A stretch of 61,686 nucleotides of DNA, the filler included, from Choristocarpus tenellus KU-1152 (taxonomy: Eukaryota; Protista; Phaeophyceae): NCBI GenBank assembly GCA_964200185.2. It is 6 parts of 6 records of this genome, joined end to end, with 100 filler letters (N's around TTAATTAATTAA, not from the genome) between each part and the next. Parts side by side here need not be neighbours in the genome. Positions count along the whole stretch, not along the records: positions 17,574 to 25,281 come from CAXNAD020005715.1; positions 25,382 to 32,209 come from CAXNAD020007260.1; positions 32,310 to 47,053 come from CAXNAD020001121.1; 3 more parts are not named here. One strand, 5' to 3'. Below are positions 24,418 to 36,875 of the stretch, piece after piece; the stretch's first letter is position 1; the number at the start of each line of letters is the position of its first letter. The notes below the pieces were generated by a model that did not search any database, had not been told where the DNA came from, and worked only from the letters and a program-made list of their open reading frames with translations. A program made the translations under genes and the position numbers.

Positions 24418-25281
24418 AGATGTGCACACAACAAACGAACTAAACAAACAGGTAGGAATGCTTGCGTCTGTCTGAAGGACCGACAAGTACTACTTATGGG
24501 CGCATCTCACATCTCAACACTACAACCTGCTAATTCCCACACCACTTACGGTATCTCAAACGGTAGGCTTGGAGGAGAGCGAAATCTGCCAATTCTCTAT
24601 CACTGTGCCGCTTCACCTTTATTGGGGTAAGGTGAAAATAACTATTGCTGACACCTAGCGGAAGGATTAAGGTTTTACCTGTTTGACATACATTTCGCCA
24701 GAGCTCAAGGCTGCCCTCTATGATCATGAATCTACATACATTATATGAGGTACTTTGTGTCATCGCCAAATTGTAAAAAAAAAAATGTTACCAGTACATC
24801 GCAAGAAGAGCAGAACCTGTGTTGATCGTTCTGGTCAGCAACAAAAATACCATGCTGCATATATATATAACACGTAAAGTAGTGATCTCACTTGTAACGA
24901 TAATGCAGAAACACACAACAAATGCAGAGGACCCGTCCACCCATCCCCACTGTATTGTGAGGATTGATTAGAACACATTTCTTGTGATGTCCCATGCGTC
25001 TCCTTCCAGAACATGGTCGCAGGCATGCTACTAATATTCAAAACCTCAAAACTAGTTGGAGTGGATATTGTTACATTTTCCATATTGTAAAAACCTGGGA
25101 ACTTCTAAGGTACATATTCAAAAAGTCAAGGTTGAGTATGCATTCCCATCATGTTTTCGTCAACAACTCGACTCCTACAAATATATTTGGATAGGGAATA
25201 GAAGGGGGGGGGGGGGATTTCAAGGTAACCCCTACAAGTGTGCACACAAAAACATACTCCCAACACAAATATGCCATACAC

Positions 25282-25381
25282 NNNNNNNNNNNNNNNNNNN
25301 NNNNNNNNNNNNNNNNNNNNNNNNNTTAATTAATTAANNNNNNNNNNNNNNNNNNNNNNNNNNNNNNNNNNNNNNNNNNNN
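25282..25381. other. Artificial contig linker
   Basis: N44-TTAATTAATTAA-N44. Confidence 0.99.
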
Positions 25382-25524
25382 CAGGGTGTCCATTCCGGGC
25401 CTGACTAGGAGAAGTGCACTTACATTATCCATCCGACACAGAAAACCAACTTCACCCAAAAATCCCTACATAGAAAAATGAACCCTGAATGGACAGCTGC
25501 CACCCCCCCCAGATACTTTGAGTC
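25382..25524 (-). mobile_element. MITE family B, partial copy at contig start
   Basis: The reverse complement aligns to 22326-22480 and ends CCCCCAGATACTTTGAGTC. Confidence 0.8.
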
Positions 25525-27480
25525 AAACAGCCACCATGTATGAACAGAGGATGGAAGAGTCTAGTGGTGGTACGGTGTACAGCATCACTCCAGAGCTTCT
25601 TTCTACCCACAGGTCTCTACAGGGGATCACACCATGTAGAGCAGTAACACAAAGCGTTGCTTACTGCATAATAGGCTAAAATACCAAACTTATGTAGCAG
25701 AGAGACAAGCTTGAGGGACCCCCTACCTTCCTTAATTTGTAAGTTCAAGCAACAAGCAAAACGCGCACACTAGCTTTAAAAAAATGATAGTATTTGTGTA
25801 TCATGCATGTTGCACAGAGAATGAAATATAGAAGAGAGGGAGAAACCTCGGAGAAGAGAAGAGGGTAAAAACAAAGAGATCAAAGGAAAACTAAAGTAAA
25901 AAAAGAATCCAAAGGCCAAAAAGAAAGTTGCTGATCCAACCTGCTGCATGAGCAGACAAGGGCACCACGAAAGACAGGAAAACAAACCTAAACACATTAA
26001 TCAAACAGCATCAAAAAGCTGCAAAATCAACTTCATTGATTGGAAAAGGTACCATCCCCATGCATACCGCCTCTAAATACAAGGCAGACAGCACCAGGCT
26101 CTTCACACATGCACAATTAGCAGTAATTTTTCTTCCCACAGGGAGGTGCAGGAGAATCTCTCTGCGATTTAAAATGCAACAACACCAAGCAAACAATAAA
26201 CAATTGTTCTCAATAGCATCACCATCATAATCATGCCAGGAACAACCGGTCATACAAAGGTGGTTTTTGTTCAAGACCTGGGCTTTGCGTAGGAATTGAA
26301 GTGAAAATGGCATCCGTGGTTGTTGTTAGAGAAATTATACACGTTGGTATTGTGTCACCTGGAACCAGAAAGGCACAGGAGAAAAAGAAAATATGCACGG
26401 TTGTGATGAAAAAGGACTCCTCGCTCTTTTCCAACTCAAATACATCTCACTTCTTACTCAATACAATACAAGTCAGTCCGGTAAAACATGTACCCTCCTA
26501 GGTGACCCGATTGTGATAGGGAGAGGAAGGGAACAGGAAAAAAGAACAAATGTGAGGGTGGGGGCAGATATTAGTGTGCTTTAATACATACGGCATATCA
26601 TTTCTCACTTCTTTTTTCTTCTTTTGCTAGTGTATTATTGAGTGTCACACACGTCTTGAGTGAGTTCAGGAGGAGGAACCAATGATCATACTACCATACA
26701 AAAGGATGGTACACAATTGGAAAAACACAACCGAGACGGACCAGTTTATCCTCCTCTCCCTCTCCCTCTCTCTGTCCCCATGACCACAGATAAACAAAAA
26801 TGGTCCAACCTCTTCTCTGTAACTGCCAAATACAGAGTACAACAACACAGTAAAAAAAAAAAGTGCACCAAAAGATTCCACTTCCGTATCAAGAACAAAA
26901 CATGCCTTCAGTGGCCTCAAGACTTCTCACAAGAATGCCTTCCCTGTCTGCACTTACTGCAACAGACAGGGTCTCCTGCATGTGATACAAAAAATATTAT
27001 TGGAGATGAACACATATATTCCCACAGATATTTTCATACAAAGGAAAAATACTATTTATATAAATAAGCACAAAGTACATTAGAGCTCTATACATTGAAT
27101 ACACACGTAAGGTTGAAAGAAGATTAATGTGCTCATGCGTGTATACAAGAAAAAGAGACGGTTGGGGAGAGGGAAAGATGATCAAATATAAACACTTTTA
27201 TGATGAACAGGGAACGAAAATGTTCTCCTTACCGATACTGAATTTAAACTATCATTCTTATAAATCTTTCATATTCTTAGTACAAACACTTCGATGTTCG
27301 TATCACAAAGAATATTCCAAGATTGTTCCTCAACCCCTCCTGCATATACTACACTAAAAAAAAAAGAACATTCAAAAGAAGAAATCAACCACTAAAGCTA
27401 AATAGTTGTGAACCAAGTGGATTAGAAGTTTCCAATTGTAAACAGTTCAGCTATTGATTACAGCCTGTTAATTATATCGG

Positions 27481-30400
27481 TCATTGCAAGCGTGGACGAC
27501 AAGCACCACAGCAACAACAGTAGATAGTCCTCTTGCCTGGTGAGGCCCCCCCCTCACCAGAGGCAAAAATTGATGAGGCTAATAACGTGTATGTGTACGC
27601 TCGTGTCATCACATGCACAAAACACAAACAGTAACACTCGAAGGCGTTTACAGATGACATACCTAGATGACACACAGAATAATGCAACAATCAGTCGAGA
27701 AATATTCGTATCATTTTAAATCGAGATTGATCTGATTAAAATCAGCCTTATAATCAGCCCCCGGATCAAAACTATGACAATAAACTCCTCACTACCACAA
27801 AGATACAGCTATTTTCATTAAATAAAATTGTCAAAATGAAAAACATTTCTTCAAAGTGTAGGTCTTTACATATACAGCACAGTAAGTACATTGATTGGTA
27901 GTGAGAAAGCAATTGCCTTTCCTTGATCTCTAGCTTCTTCATAGAGTCAGATATTATCTACAAAAAAAAAAGAATATTGCCCTCCTCACCATAGGGCAAC
28001 ATCCTGTTCCAACACACCCAAAACCCTAACATCTCTCAGGAGTTCAACCTCATGTTACTGTTCACTTCCACAAATCCAACATTCTTCTTCCAGATAAGAA
28101 TGGTCCTTTGCCTCTATCTCTTCTAACCCTAACCCTAACCTTCATCTACACTCTCCAGTTACTCTCATTTTTTTTGCTCATTACAAGCAGTGCAGTTATG
28201 CCAACCATCACCATCAAGGTCGCTGCCCAACAGCATATTCCAATGATGGCTAGGGTCATGGTCTGTGGTGTAATCCCTACGTCATTGCCATTACCCCCCT
28301 TGAGGGTTCTCCTCTCTGGCAACATCAAGCAGGTCATGATTCTTGGTCAACGTGCACAAGGCATAGAGAGGTCTTCATTAAAGCAAACCATCCAAATCAC
28401 TCAGCCAAGCATAGGTACAACATTCTCAGTCACAACTTGAAAGTATCACACGAACTGAACTGTCTATTCAATTCATACTCACACAAACTAAAGTACAAAT
28501 AAATTCATTGCTTTATAGTGTTTTAATGCTCTTGTCGATATCACTTCCCAATTACCATTGCACTCAAACAAAAGGGTTGAGGTCTAGAGTCCTATCGTGT
28601 ATCCTCCCAACACGTCAGACATCTGATATGCAACCAACACTCCTGAGATGTATGAATACCAGCCCCGTACTCACATGCCTTCCTATATATGTGCAACTAG
28701 TCTCGTCCAAAGCGGTATTCCCTACACTATTATCAAGTTAATCGATCTAAACAAAAAATAATAAAAGTAAAAGAGTGAGAGAGATCAGAGACGAATCAGG
28801 GCAAGGAGGATGACAAAACATGCACAGTGAAATAAACACTACTATCATGAAATGCCTGTACAGATAGAGAACCTCACAATCCAATCAAATCCACTACCAC
28901 ATTGTATCAAATGTCTACCTGCAATATAAACACCTCATCCACTTGGAAACAAACAACACTCCAAGACGACAATAAAGGTTTCCCTAACTCACTCTCTTGA
29001 AAAGTCTGCACAAGTGTGGAGATGTGTGATCAACCCTGTCATCGTCCAGTAAAAAAAAAGATGAACTGGGGCGCGTGCATGTGTCCAACCATCAAGGTGT
29101 TAGTACTTTTAGTAGTCTTTGTAACAGAGGTAGGTGAGGGGGAAAACACAACTCCGGTAGTGTAATCGGCGCATGAGATGACAGGAGAGCCAGTTTCCAT
29201 TGGGTCACACCCTTCTCACAATCGACCAAAGACCAAAATCACAGGCTGGCGACTTATGATTTGTCAAGGGTGACGGGTGCAGTCAAACGTCTTTAAAAAA
29301 AAGAAAGCAGAAAATACAAATATAAAAAAACGTAACAAAAAAGATGCGGTGATAAAAAAATATCATTTCTCGATTCATTCCATCAGAGCATACTAACCCT
29401 AACCCTAAACCTCAACAATAAAATGAAGCAGAGTAGACAGCCAAAGAAGAGCAAAGGCAGGAACTATGAAAAGTGGAGCCGGAATCACTAAAGTGTGGAG
29501 ACATCAAGGATGATCGAACAAAGGCTCTAAATTTGCATGAACTACATTTCCTAAAGAAATTTGAGATTGAACATGACAAACTTATGGGTTGTATCCCTGG
29601 GAGTGTCCATGTGGTAAGGGCCAACGTGCAGACCAAGAGTACTTTGAATGTCTCATTTTGACAATGGAGTCCATTTACTCATAGTTGTGTCTGGAGTTAG
29701 ACTCTACTACAATATAACCTCACAATACATTTTCAGATACCCTACTAAATTAAACTGAGTTCCCATTTAAAACAAAGCTGAATTCCATGCTTCCAATGAT
29801 GAAAAGTACAGCAGCGGTTGTTGGATGCACAACTCGAGAGGTTAGTTACCTCTTCTTCTCCTTCTAACATCATTGTGCTGAATTGTATAGTGCTATTTTT
29901 TTAAAATAGTCCGACGGGTCTTGGACATGACATGTAGTAAGACCCTCAGACCCAACTGTAGCACAAGAAAACAAGGAAAAAAAAATATTTTGTAGAAAAT
30001 AAAAAACCCCATGAGGTACCACAAGTCAAGAATCTTAGAGAAACCTCGATTTCTTTCTCAACTACACTACAACATACTAGTAAATAAATAAAAATTGCCT
30101 TCCCCCAGAGTTTTCTCAAATAGAAAGGTGGGGAGTAGGTAAGCAAAAAAAGAGAATATTGATTGAAAAGGGGGAAGTGGACTGAACATCAGAAATCTCT
30201 GATAGCCGACTTCTAAAAAATGGAAGCATAAGGCATCTTGCTGACAGTACAACATCGACATCCTAGGGAAGCAGCCTAGGTAGGAAGGTAAGTAGGTGAG
30301 ATATTCTTAATTTCACTTTGATAAAATAAATAATAAATCAATACTGTGGTGTAGCATGTAAAAAGACAGACAATTTTAACCCCAGAGCAACAAAAATAAG

Positions 30401-30707
30401 AAACTGTTGCCAATCACCTTCACCTCAGGAGTACACTCGCATTAATTTTATTGTTTGGTACACTCTTATCTCTAATTACAGCTGCACCTTTCTCAAATCG
30501 TACTCAAAAACATGTACAGCATTTTTTTAAATACACAACAGTACGGGTGTCATCAACATCCACACCAAATAACATAACGCAAAACAACACTCTGCTGGTC
30601 CTCCCTCCCCTCAATAACAATCACACCAACTGCAACCAGATTATTATTCTCATAGTATAGTATATATTATACTCAGACTACAGAATATATTACAACCTAC
30701 ATTATAG

Positions 30708-30747
<40 letters not shown>

Positions 30748-32188
30748 TTTTTTTTTTTTAACAAAAAAAAATAAANNNNNNNNNNTTTTTTTTTCATATT
30801 AAATAATATTTTAAACCAAGACTACAAAATATTTTCCACCCACAAATTTACCCCCCCCCCCCCCCCTCCCCCAACCCCTTTCCCACTTCTGATTTTGTAG
30901 TGTAAAATCAAAATATGAACTCTCCAGCTAGATAACCTCATTTCTCTCACCACTAGAGGAGGGTTCCTGTGACACAGCATCATAGATGAAAATCAACCAG
31001 TTGACATCCAGGCAGATAGAGGCCGTAACCAAACCCAATAGAGCAGATGCCTTCACCATTTCCACCTCTTATACAGACACACTTCCTCCAACAAGACTGT
31101 TCGCTCAAGCCCCAAGTCTCCTCAGTACCCCTCCTTCTCTTGCTGCTGCAAGGGCAGCAGCACTCTTCTGTGCTGGTTACACATGCTGGACATAGTACCA
31201 TCACAGCTCTCTCTCTCTCCTCACATATGCACCTCCGTATTGTCTGACACACCTGTAGTATGAACACCCACAGTAAATGGGTTAGTGAACAAAAATCACG
31301 TTTCTTGACATCCTATCTTCACATGTACTTGGACCATTGACCAAGTGTCTACTACAACTAGAGTGATCTTCCCTCCACCCCCTCCCCTGTCAAGCAGTGG
31401 AACGATAGTGACTGAGTGGATCTATTGGTATTATATTTTTGGCGAATAAAACTCTAACAGAATAGCAAGGAGGAAGTATTGAGGGGTAGAAGCAGAATAG
31501 AAACTGAAGGTGGATTGATTGAAGATGTTTGAGGGCTCAATGATAAAGAACAAAAAATCATTACCAACAGACTGATAGGCTACAAGGTATAAACTAGGTT
31601 AGGATTACCCCCATGGACAAGGCTAGCTCGCTCCATTTTGGCCAACTGCTTACAAAAATAATATACACAACTGATCTTCTGAGCAGTACTGAGGAAAATC
31701 ATTGTTAGTTAACCCCCTCCTCTCCCCGTCTCTCCATGTCAGAATGACATTGCATTGAATCCCATCTCTCCAAAATAGTGCAGCCCAAAAACAAAGACAT
31801 CACTCTTTTCAAATCACTACTAAGCCTTTACCTTTCCAACATAAGCAAAGAGTCATTCCATGAAAAAGAGGTGAAGATTTCATAGTAACACACTTCCTCC
31901 CTTCCATCCCCAGGCGACACTTCACATTGGCATCCATAATTCCTCAATTCCTCTGCTACACATTTGAACAGGATTGCACCCAACCCTAACCCAAATCACC
32001 TCTACACCAAAAGAGTACCTTCCAACTGTCTCCAAGAACCAGAAGCACTGTATTGGTCGATCCTCAAACACAAAATATGAGTACAGAAGAGCCGTGTCAG
32101 TCATGCAGGGTACATAGATAGGGTTAGGGCTTACTAGGCAATACAGTAGGACCACGAAAGAAACTGTTGACAGTGTGTTGGGTGTTAC
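27481..32188 (-). CDS. Small multi-pass membrane protein with Cys-rich C-terminus (5' end missing)
   Basis: Six phase-consistent GT-AG exons: ~32188-32135, 32062-32019, 31252-31233, 31067-30951, 28315-28163, 27578-27481. Translation: ..TVSFVVLLYCL/DRPIQCFWFLETVGR/CVRQYG/EVEMVKASALLGLVTASICLDVNWLIFIYDAV../..TLAIIGICCWAATLMVMVGITALLVMSKK../..RTIYCCCCGACRPRLQ*. Confidence 0.6.
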
Positions 32189-32209
32189 CTTACACCACCA
32201 GGGATGTAC

Positions 32210-32309
32210 NNNNNNNNNNNNNNNNNNNNNNNNNNNNNNNNNNNNNNNNNNNNTTAATTAATTAANNNNNNNNNNNNNNNNNNNNNNNNNNNNNNNNNNN
32301 NNNNNNNNN
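32210..32309. other. Artificial contig linker
   Basis: N44-TTAATTAATTAA-N44. Confidence 0.99.
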
Positions 32310-32360
32310 GGTCATGGTGTGTCTTCGGGACGTCTAAATCGTCGGGGTACGGAGGGAAGT

Positions 32361-32415
<55 letters not shown>

Positions 32416-33423
32416 ACTTAGGCGCAATAAAGTTCCAAGAATTTTCTGTTTTGTCAGAGGGTAATCAAGGCATACCCTCTCGACTCTTGTCATAGTCACA
32501 AATTCTACACTTCAATGCAGTCCCGTTCACGCAATTTCCCCAGCTACTCACTGTACATTGCCTCTTGCTCTGGTGACGAAGGCGCTATAGCTGTCCTGGT
32601 AATAGCAATAGTTACATACCACAGTCCCCAAACATACTGAAGGGTGCTCAGGGTTAGGGCTAAGTCAGCAGCAAATCTTCAAAGTCAGTGAAGGTGTGCA
32701 TGAGGGTATGCCGGTACTCTTGTCTGTGTGAGGACAATGAGAGCCAGTCCATGAACACAAACAAACACAGAATGGACCGAATCTCGGCATGGTGAAAGTC
32801 ATTTCCTCTAGAAATTGCCACACCTCCCCAGGAGAGTTGGGTTGGGAGGGTTTTGATCTTAGATGTTTGACAGCAGCATCCACCATACGCATGGTCGAAA
32901 GACTTATTTCTCTCTTTCTCTTTACTCCAAGACAGATGATACAACAACAACAACAAATTCTCAGAACTATTTAAAAAAAAAAAATGAAAATAAAAACAAA
33001 AAGCGACGGACTTGACGAGGGGGTGGGGGGNNNNNNNNNNAATCATATATAGTACTAATGAGAAGAAAGCGAAAATCTTGTAGTCTTGGCGCTGGGGTGG
33101 TTTGAGGGTGTTGGGGTTGAGGAGGTAACTTCAAAACTACAACCCGTTTGTTGTATTGATAGATAGTATGATGCAAGACTTGTTGCAGCTATTGTGTATC
33201 TCAGGAATCACAGGCGTGCATCACAGGCACCGCCCTAGTGTTCGTAACACCCCCCCCCCCCTCAGAGACTGACATCTCGCCCAGTATCACATAGCCAGGC
33301 TCGAACTTCCCAAAGACAAGCCCTTGCGCAGCTCACGTTTCCAACCTCAACAAAGTGCCCCTGATTTGTCTACAGGTGCACAGCACCAATAGTGGAAACA
33401 AGGGGGGGGGGGGATGGTCGCAC

Positions 33424-35847
33424 ATGTCTCCACAAGGTAGCCAACTCTTTGAGTGGCCCGACGTAACAGCTCAGCATTCTTCTCCTGTTCCCAGGCATGG
33501 TAGCGCACTAGCCCCTCCAGCGAGGCACACTCTTTCAATTTCCTTGTGTGAAAGTTTCCATACTGGTACCACAGTGGCACCACCGCATTGATATAGTAGC
33601 AAATTTAAGAAGGCGGTGTCGGTGGTGGTGAGAAGAGGGAGGAAGGGGTGGGAATGGGAGGGTAGGGTATGGTGGAGGAGGGGCGGATTATTGTCGCACT
33701 TGTCAACATTGCGTGTGACTTGAGCATTCTGCAGAGGAACATGTTACTGAAGAAAAATATTGAGGCGTTTTGCTGGTGGGTGGAGAGCACGGTATGTCTG
33801 TGGGAGCAGTCCCAATTGAACACAATCAGCCCGCACCAATAATGTGGTGAAAGTGCATGGTTGAAACAGTTTGGCAGTATGCTATACCATCCCGGACAAG
33901 CCCGCAGCTGTTGCTGATAGAGAATGGCTAGTAATCTCCCTCCCACACTCCCTTCCCTTGTACCCCCTGGTATGCATAATACATGCTATTGTTACAGCAA
34001 TACACCCAACCCTTCGCAGCTGGGTTGCACACCTTCTGCACCAGCACTGGTCTTCCCTGTCGATCATAGGGTAATATGTAATGGGGGTAATATGATCTGC
34101 ACAGATGCTCAAATGTCTCAGGGCTCACACAACCTAAGACCTGCCAAGGCTCTGTTTTCAGCAGTGCTGCCATGTCTGACTTCAGGCGCCATGCCAAGTT
34201 CTCTTCCACCTGGTGAAGGCATACCCGGATAGCAGTAAAGAGGGAATTGTGGGGGCAATTGGAGGGGAACAGGGGTGGAAATTAAGTAGGATCAACTGCA
34301 AAAAACCAACAAAAAGTAATGCTTAGGGGGGAGTCTTGTTTAACTGGGTATCTTTCCTACCTGAGTGAGACCATTGATTAAACTCTTGCATGGATGCGCT
34401 GGGCTCCATGCAAAGATCAAATTCTTGTGTGGTATAAAGAATGGTGTAAGAGATTAAAACCCCATATGATCATTGCAGGCGTGCGGTAAGTTACATGTAT
34501 AGGTAGCTTATCTAAAACTACAATATCATACATGTCTTGTACCGGAGAAGGACACAGTAGTCAACATATTGACCTTAACATGATCCAGTACACCAGGCAT
34601 AGAACACAATAGTTGAGTCTTCCAGGAGCAACTCATCACAGAAGTAGTGATAAAAAGCAGTGACTAACACAGGATGAGGGTTAGGAAAAGTCAACCTTAG
34701 GTTGGGAGTAGAGGTCGGCAGGGGTTACCTGTATGCGTCCACCCAGCAGATATCACTGTCCATAACTCACTCGAGACATCAACTGGGATAAAGGGGCTGC
34801 AATAACACTAGTTCAAAAATCAAACATGATTTACTCTTCTAAAAACAAGCCTATTTCGTAATGTATATGGGGAACTACACCGATCCATTGATTATCTACA
34901 AGCCATGGGTTTACCGTATACGCCTGCCCAACAAGACTTTACCCAATCCAAAAAAGGTCAGGACTTACTGGCTACGCGCGATATAAATCTCAGACTGTGA
35001 GGTTATAGCCAAGTTGTGTTCGCAGCAAACCAGCTCAGCCACTGTGGCGGAGTAATTTGAGTGCCTCACATTGGAACCGCTTGTCCAATGAAGATAACTT
35101 CGAGGCTCTTAGGGTACACCACAAACAAGCCAATTTCCATGTCAGCATTTTATCCCGACCTCACAACAACTGTACCTGGAAACGCGTCTTCTCCACATCC
35201 CAGTTGTTATGTCTCAAGAAGCGTAGGAGAGCCAGGTCATGATCTTCTATTGGAGAGGCAGATCCGTCTCCCACAATAGGTGATAGGTCGATCCCCGTCT
35301 TCCTCACCCATTCCCACAATGTATGGAGGGAAGCCTGGGAAAGATCGCAGACAAATAGGAATTGACCATGACCAGCAAGTTGCGCAACCGTTATAGTAGT
35401 CCAATATCGAGGCATAGAGCAAAAAACTTGGGAGTCTAGTAGAGAATGGCTTCACGAGGGTCCAACAAGAATAACAGTAGTCTGGAATGCAACAGGCAAC
35501 GAGGGAAATGTGGCTGTTCCCTTGCACTTCAAGTTGCATGCAACTTAAAGGACCCCAATCAACCAAGGAGGGTGGCAAACTCGCTGATGAAGACGACCAT
35601 TTGAGGGATTGGTGCCACTAACCTCTTGCGATGGGTTAAGTTTTCCCCTGTATCCTTCTAGCTGGAAGGACGGATCAAGGGGACTGTAACCGAACTTGTA
35701 TTCCTTTCTATGATCGACGTTCGACTGTGAACGGTCAGGGACTGCGACATCGGTAAGTTGTACCATCTCCTTAGTGTCAGCCCGTGCGCGACGAGCAGCT
35801 ACAGACCCTCGTTTCCGCATTTGCTTATGCCTGCTGTGTACTCTCAT
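33424..35847 (-). CDS. SEC14/CRAL-TRIO lipid-binding protein (3' part not resolved)
   Basis: Exons 35623-35847, 35176-35334, 34033-34209, 33424-33562. GYRGKLNPSQE/ASL..L, HDLALLRFLRHNNWDVEK and NLAWR form the CRAL-TRIO N domain. YYPHYILPYDRQGRPVLVQK/YG and LVRYHAWEQE follow. Confidence 0.88.
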
Positions 35848-36875
35848 GCTAGCCGTAGAGATAGGTGTCACAACACAACACCCGCATCAACAAGACCTAT
35901 ATTAGTAGACCTACCTCCTACCACCTATAAAATACCACCTACGTCCCAATATGAAAGACGTCATTCAACTGAACACTTAACACAACTCATTGGTCAAGGA
36001 GATAAAGAGTCAAACCCTTGGACCAACTACAATAAAATATACTACTCTTTTTGTTGTAGTTGGGTTCATACAAAAAGGTATTGTTATAGTAAAATAAATA
36101 TCTATATAAACCATCAAAGTAGAGCTCTGTAGCACTTCATATTGCGCCCTGTGGTGAAAGATGGTCGATCAGAGCCTACACTTAAATCAAGTGTTTTCAG
36201 TACTCTTCTTCCCCACAAGTCCTCACCGTGAAACCACATCATATCAGCACATTTCAGCGACTAACAGAGTGTGGGAAAGTAAGGGGTCGACCCTTGCTAG
36301 ACCCAGGTTTGATCATTGTTTTGGGAAGCCCTATAAGGTCAAATGCGATGAATTTTTGATTTTGGCAGCTCTGGAGGAGGTGGGATCAGTCCAGGTGGGC
36401 AACGATATCTTTTAGAGGGAAGGGTGGGGACAGTGAGGGGCATGACTAGGAAGACCGAAAAATATTTTCGGGGCTACTCGTCACTGTATCGCTTGAAAAT
36501 GTTGAACTAAGCTATTAGTTTGAAATTCAAGTTGCTGGGATGTAAGCTGGCACGACAACGATGTTAGATCTTTCGTTGGTTGCAGTATCCAGGGGATCGT
36601 GCAAGAAGATCCATACCTCGGGTATGTGCCCTCCAAGCGCTTTCCCCATGATCTCGGGATTCGCCACAAGTATGGTGTCACGTTTCCTCGATCGACCAAT
36701 CTGTATGCCACAAGTACTTGAAGTCTATGAACATAGCATACCTAACTCCTACCTTGACATCCTGGTCTTCAAATAACAACTTTCTCTACCTCTCATTTCA
36801 ATTTTTTCGATATGGTCCTAGGGCTGGTGCAAAGCTTTTACTTGGATCATTCGAGATCGGTTAGGGGAAAACATA

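Noticed and set aside
24835-25190. Cys/His-containing fragments faintly like EsV-1-7 repeats
   Set aside because: The Cys/His spacing is not convincing and the frames are broken, so the call is unsupported.
30660-30880. Apparent degenerate duplication around a poly-C run and a 10-N gap
   Set aside because: The second copy looks like an error-rich re-read of the first near a homopolymer, so it is probably a sequencing or scaffolding artefact. The same applies near 32960-33040 and 55960-56130.
32360-32414. Poly-proline ORFs from long G/C runs (also 17574-17607 and 55542-55571)
   Set aside because: Homopolymer tracts near contig ends have unreliable length and no coding evidence.
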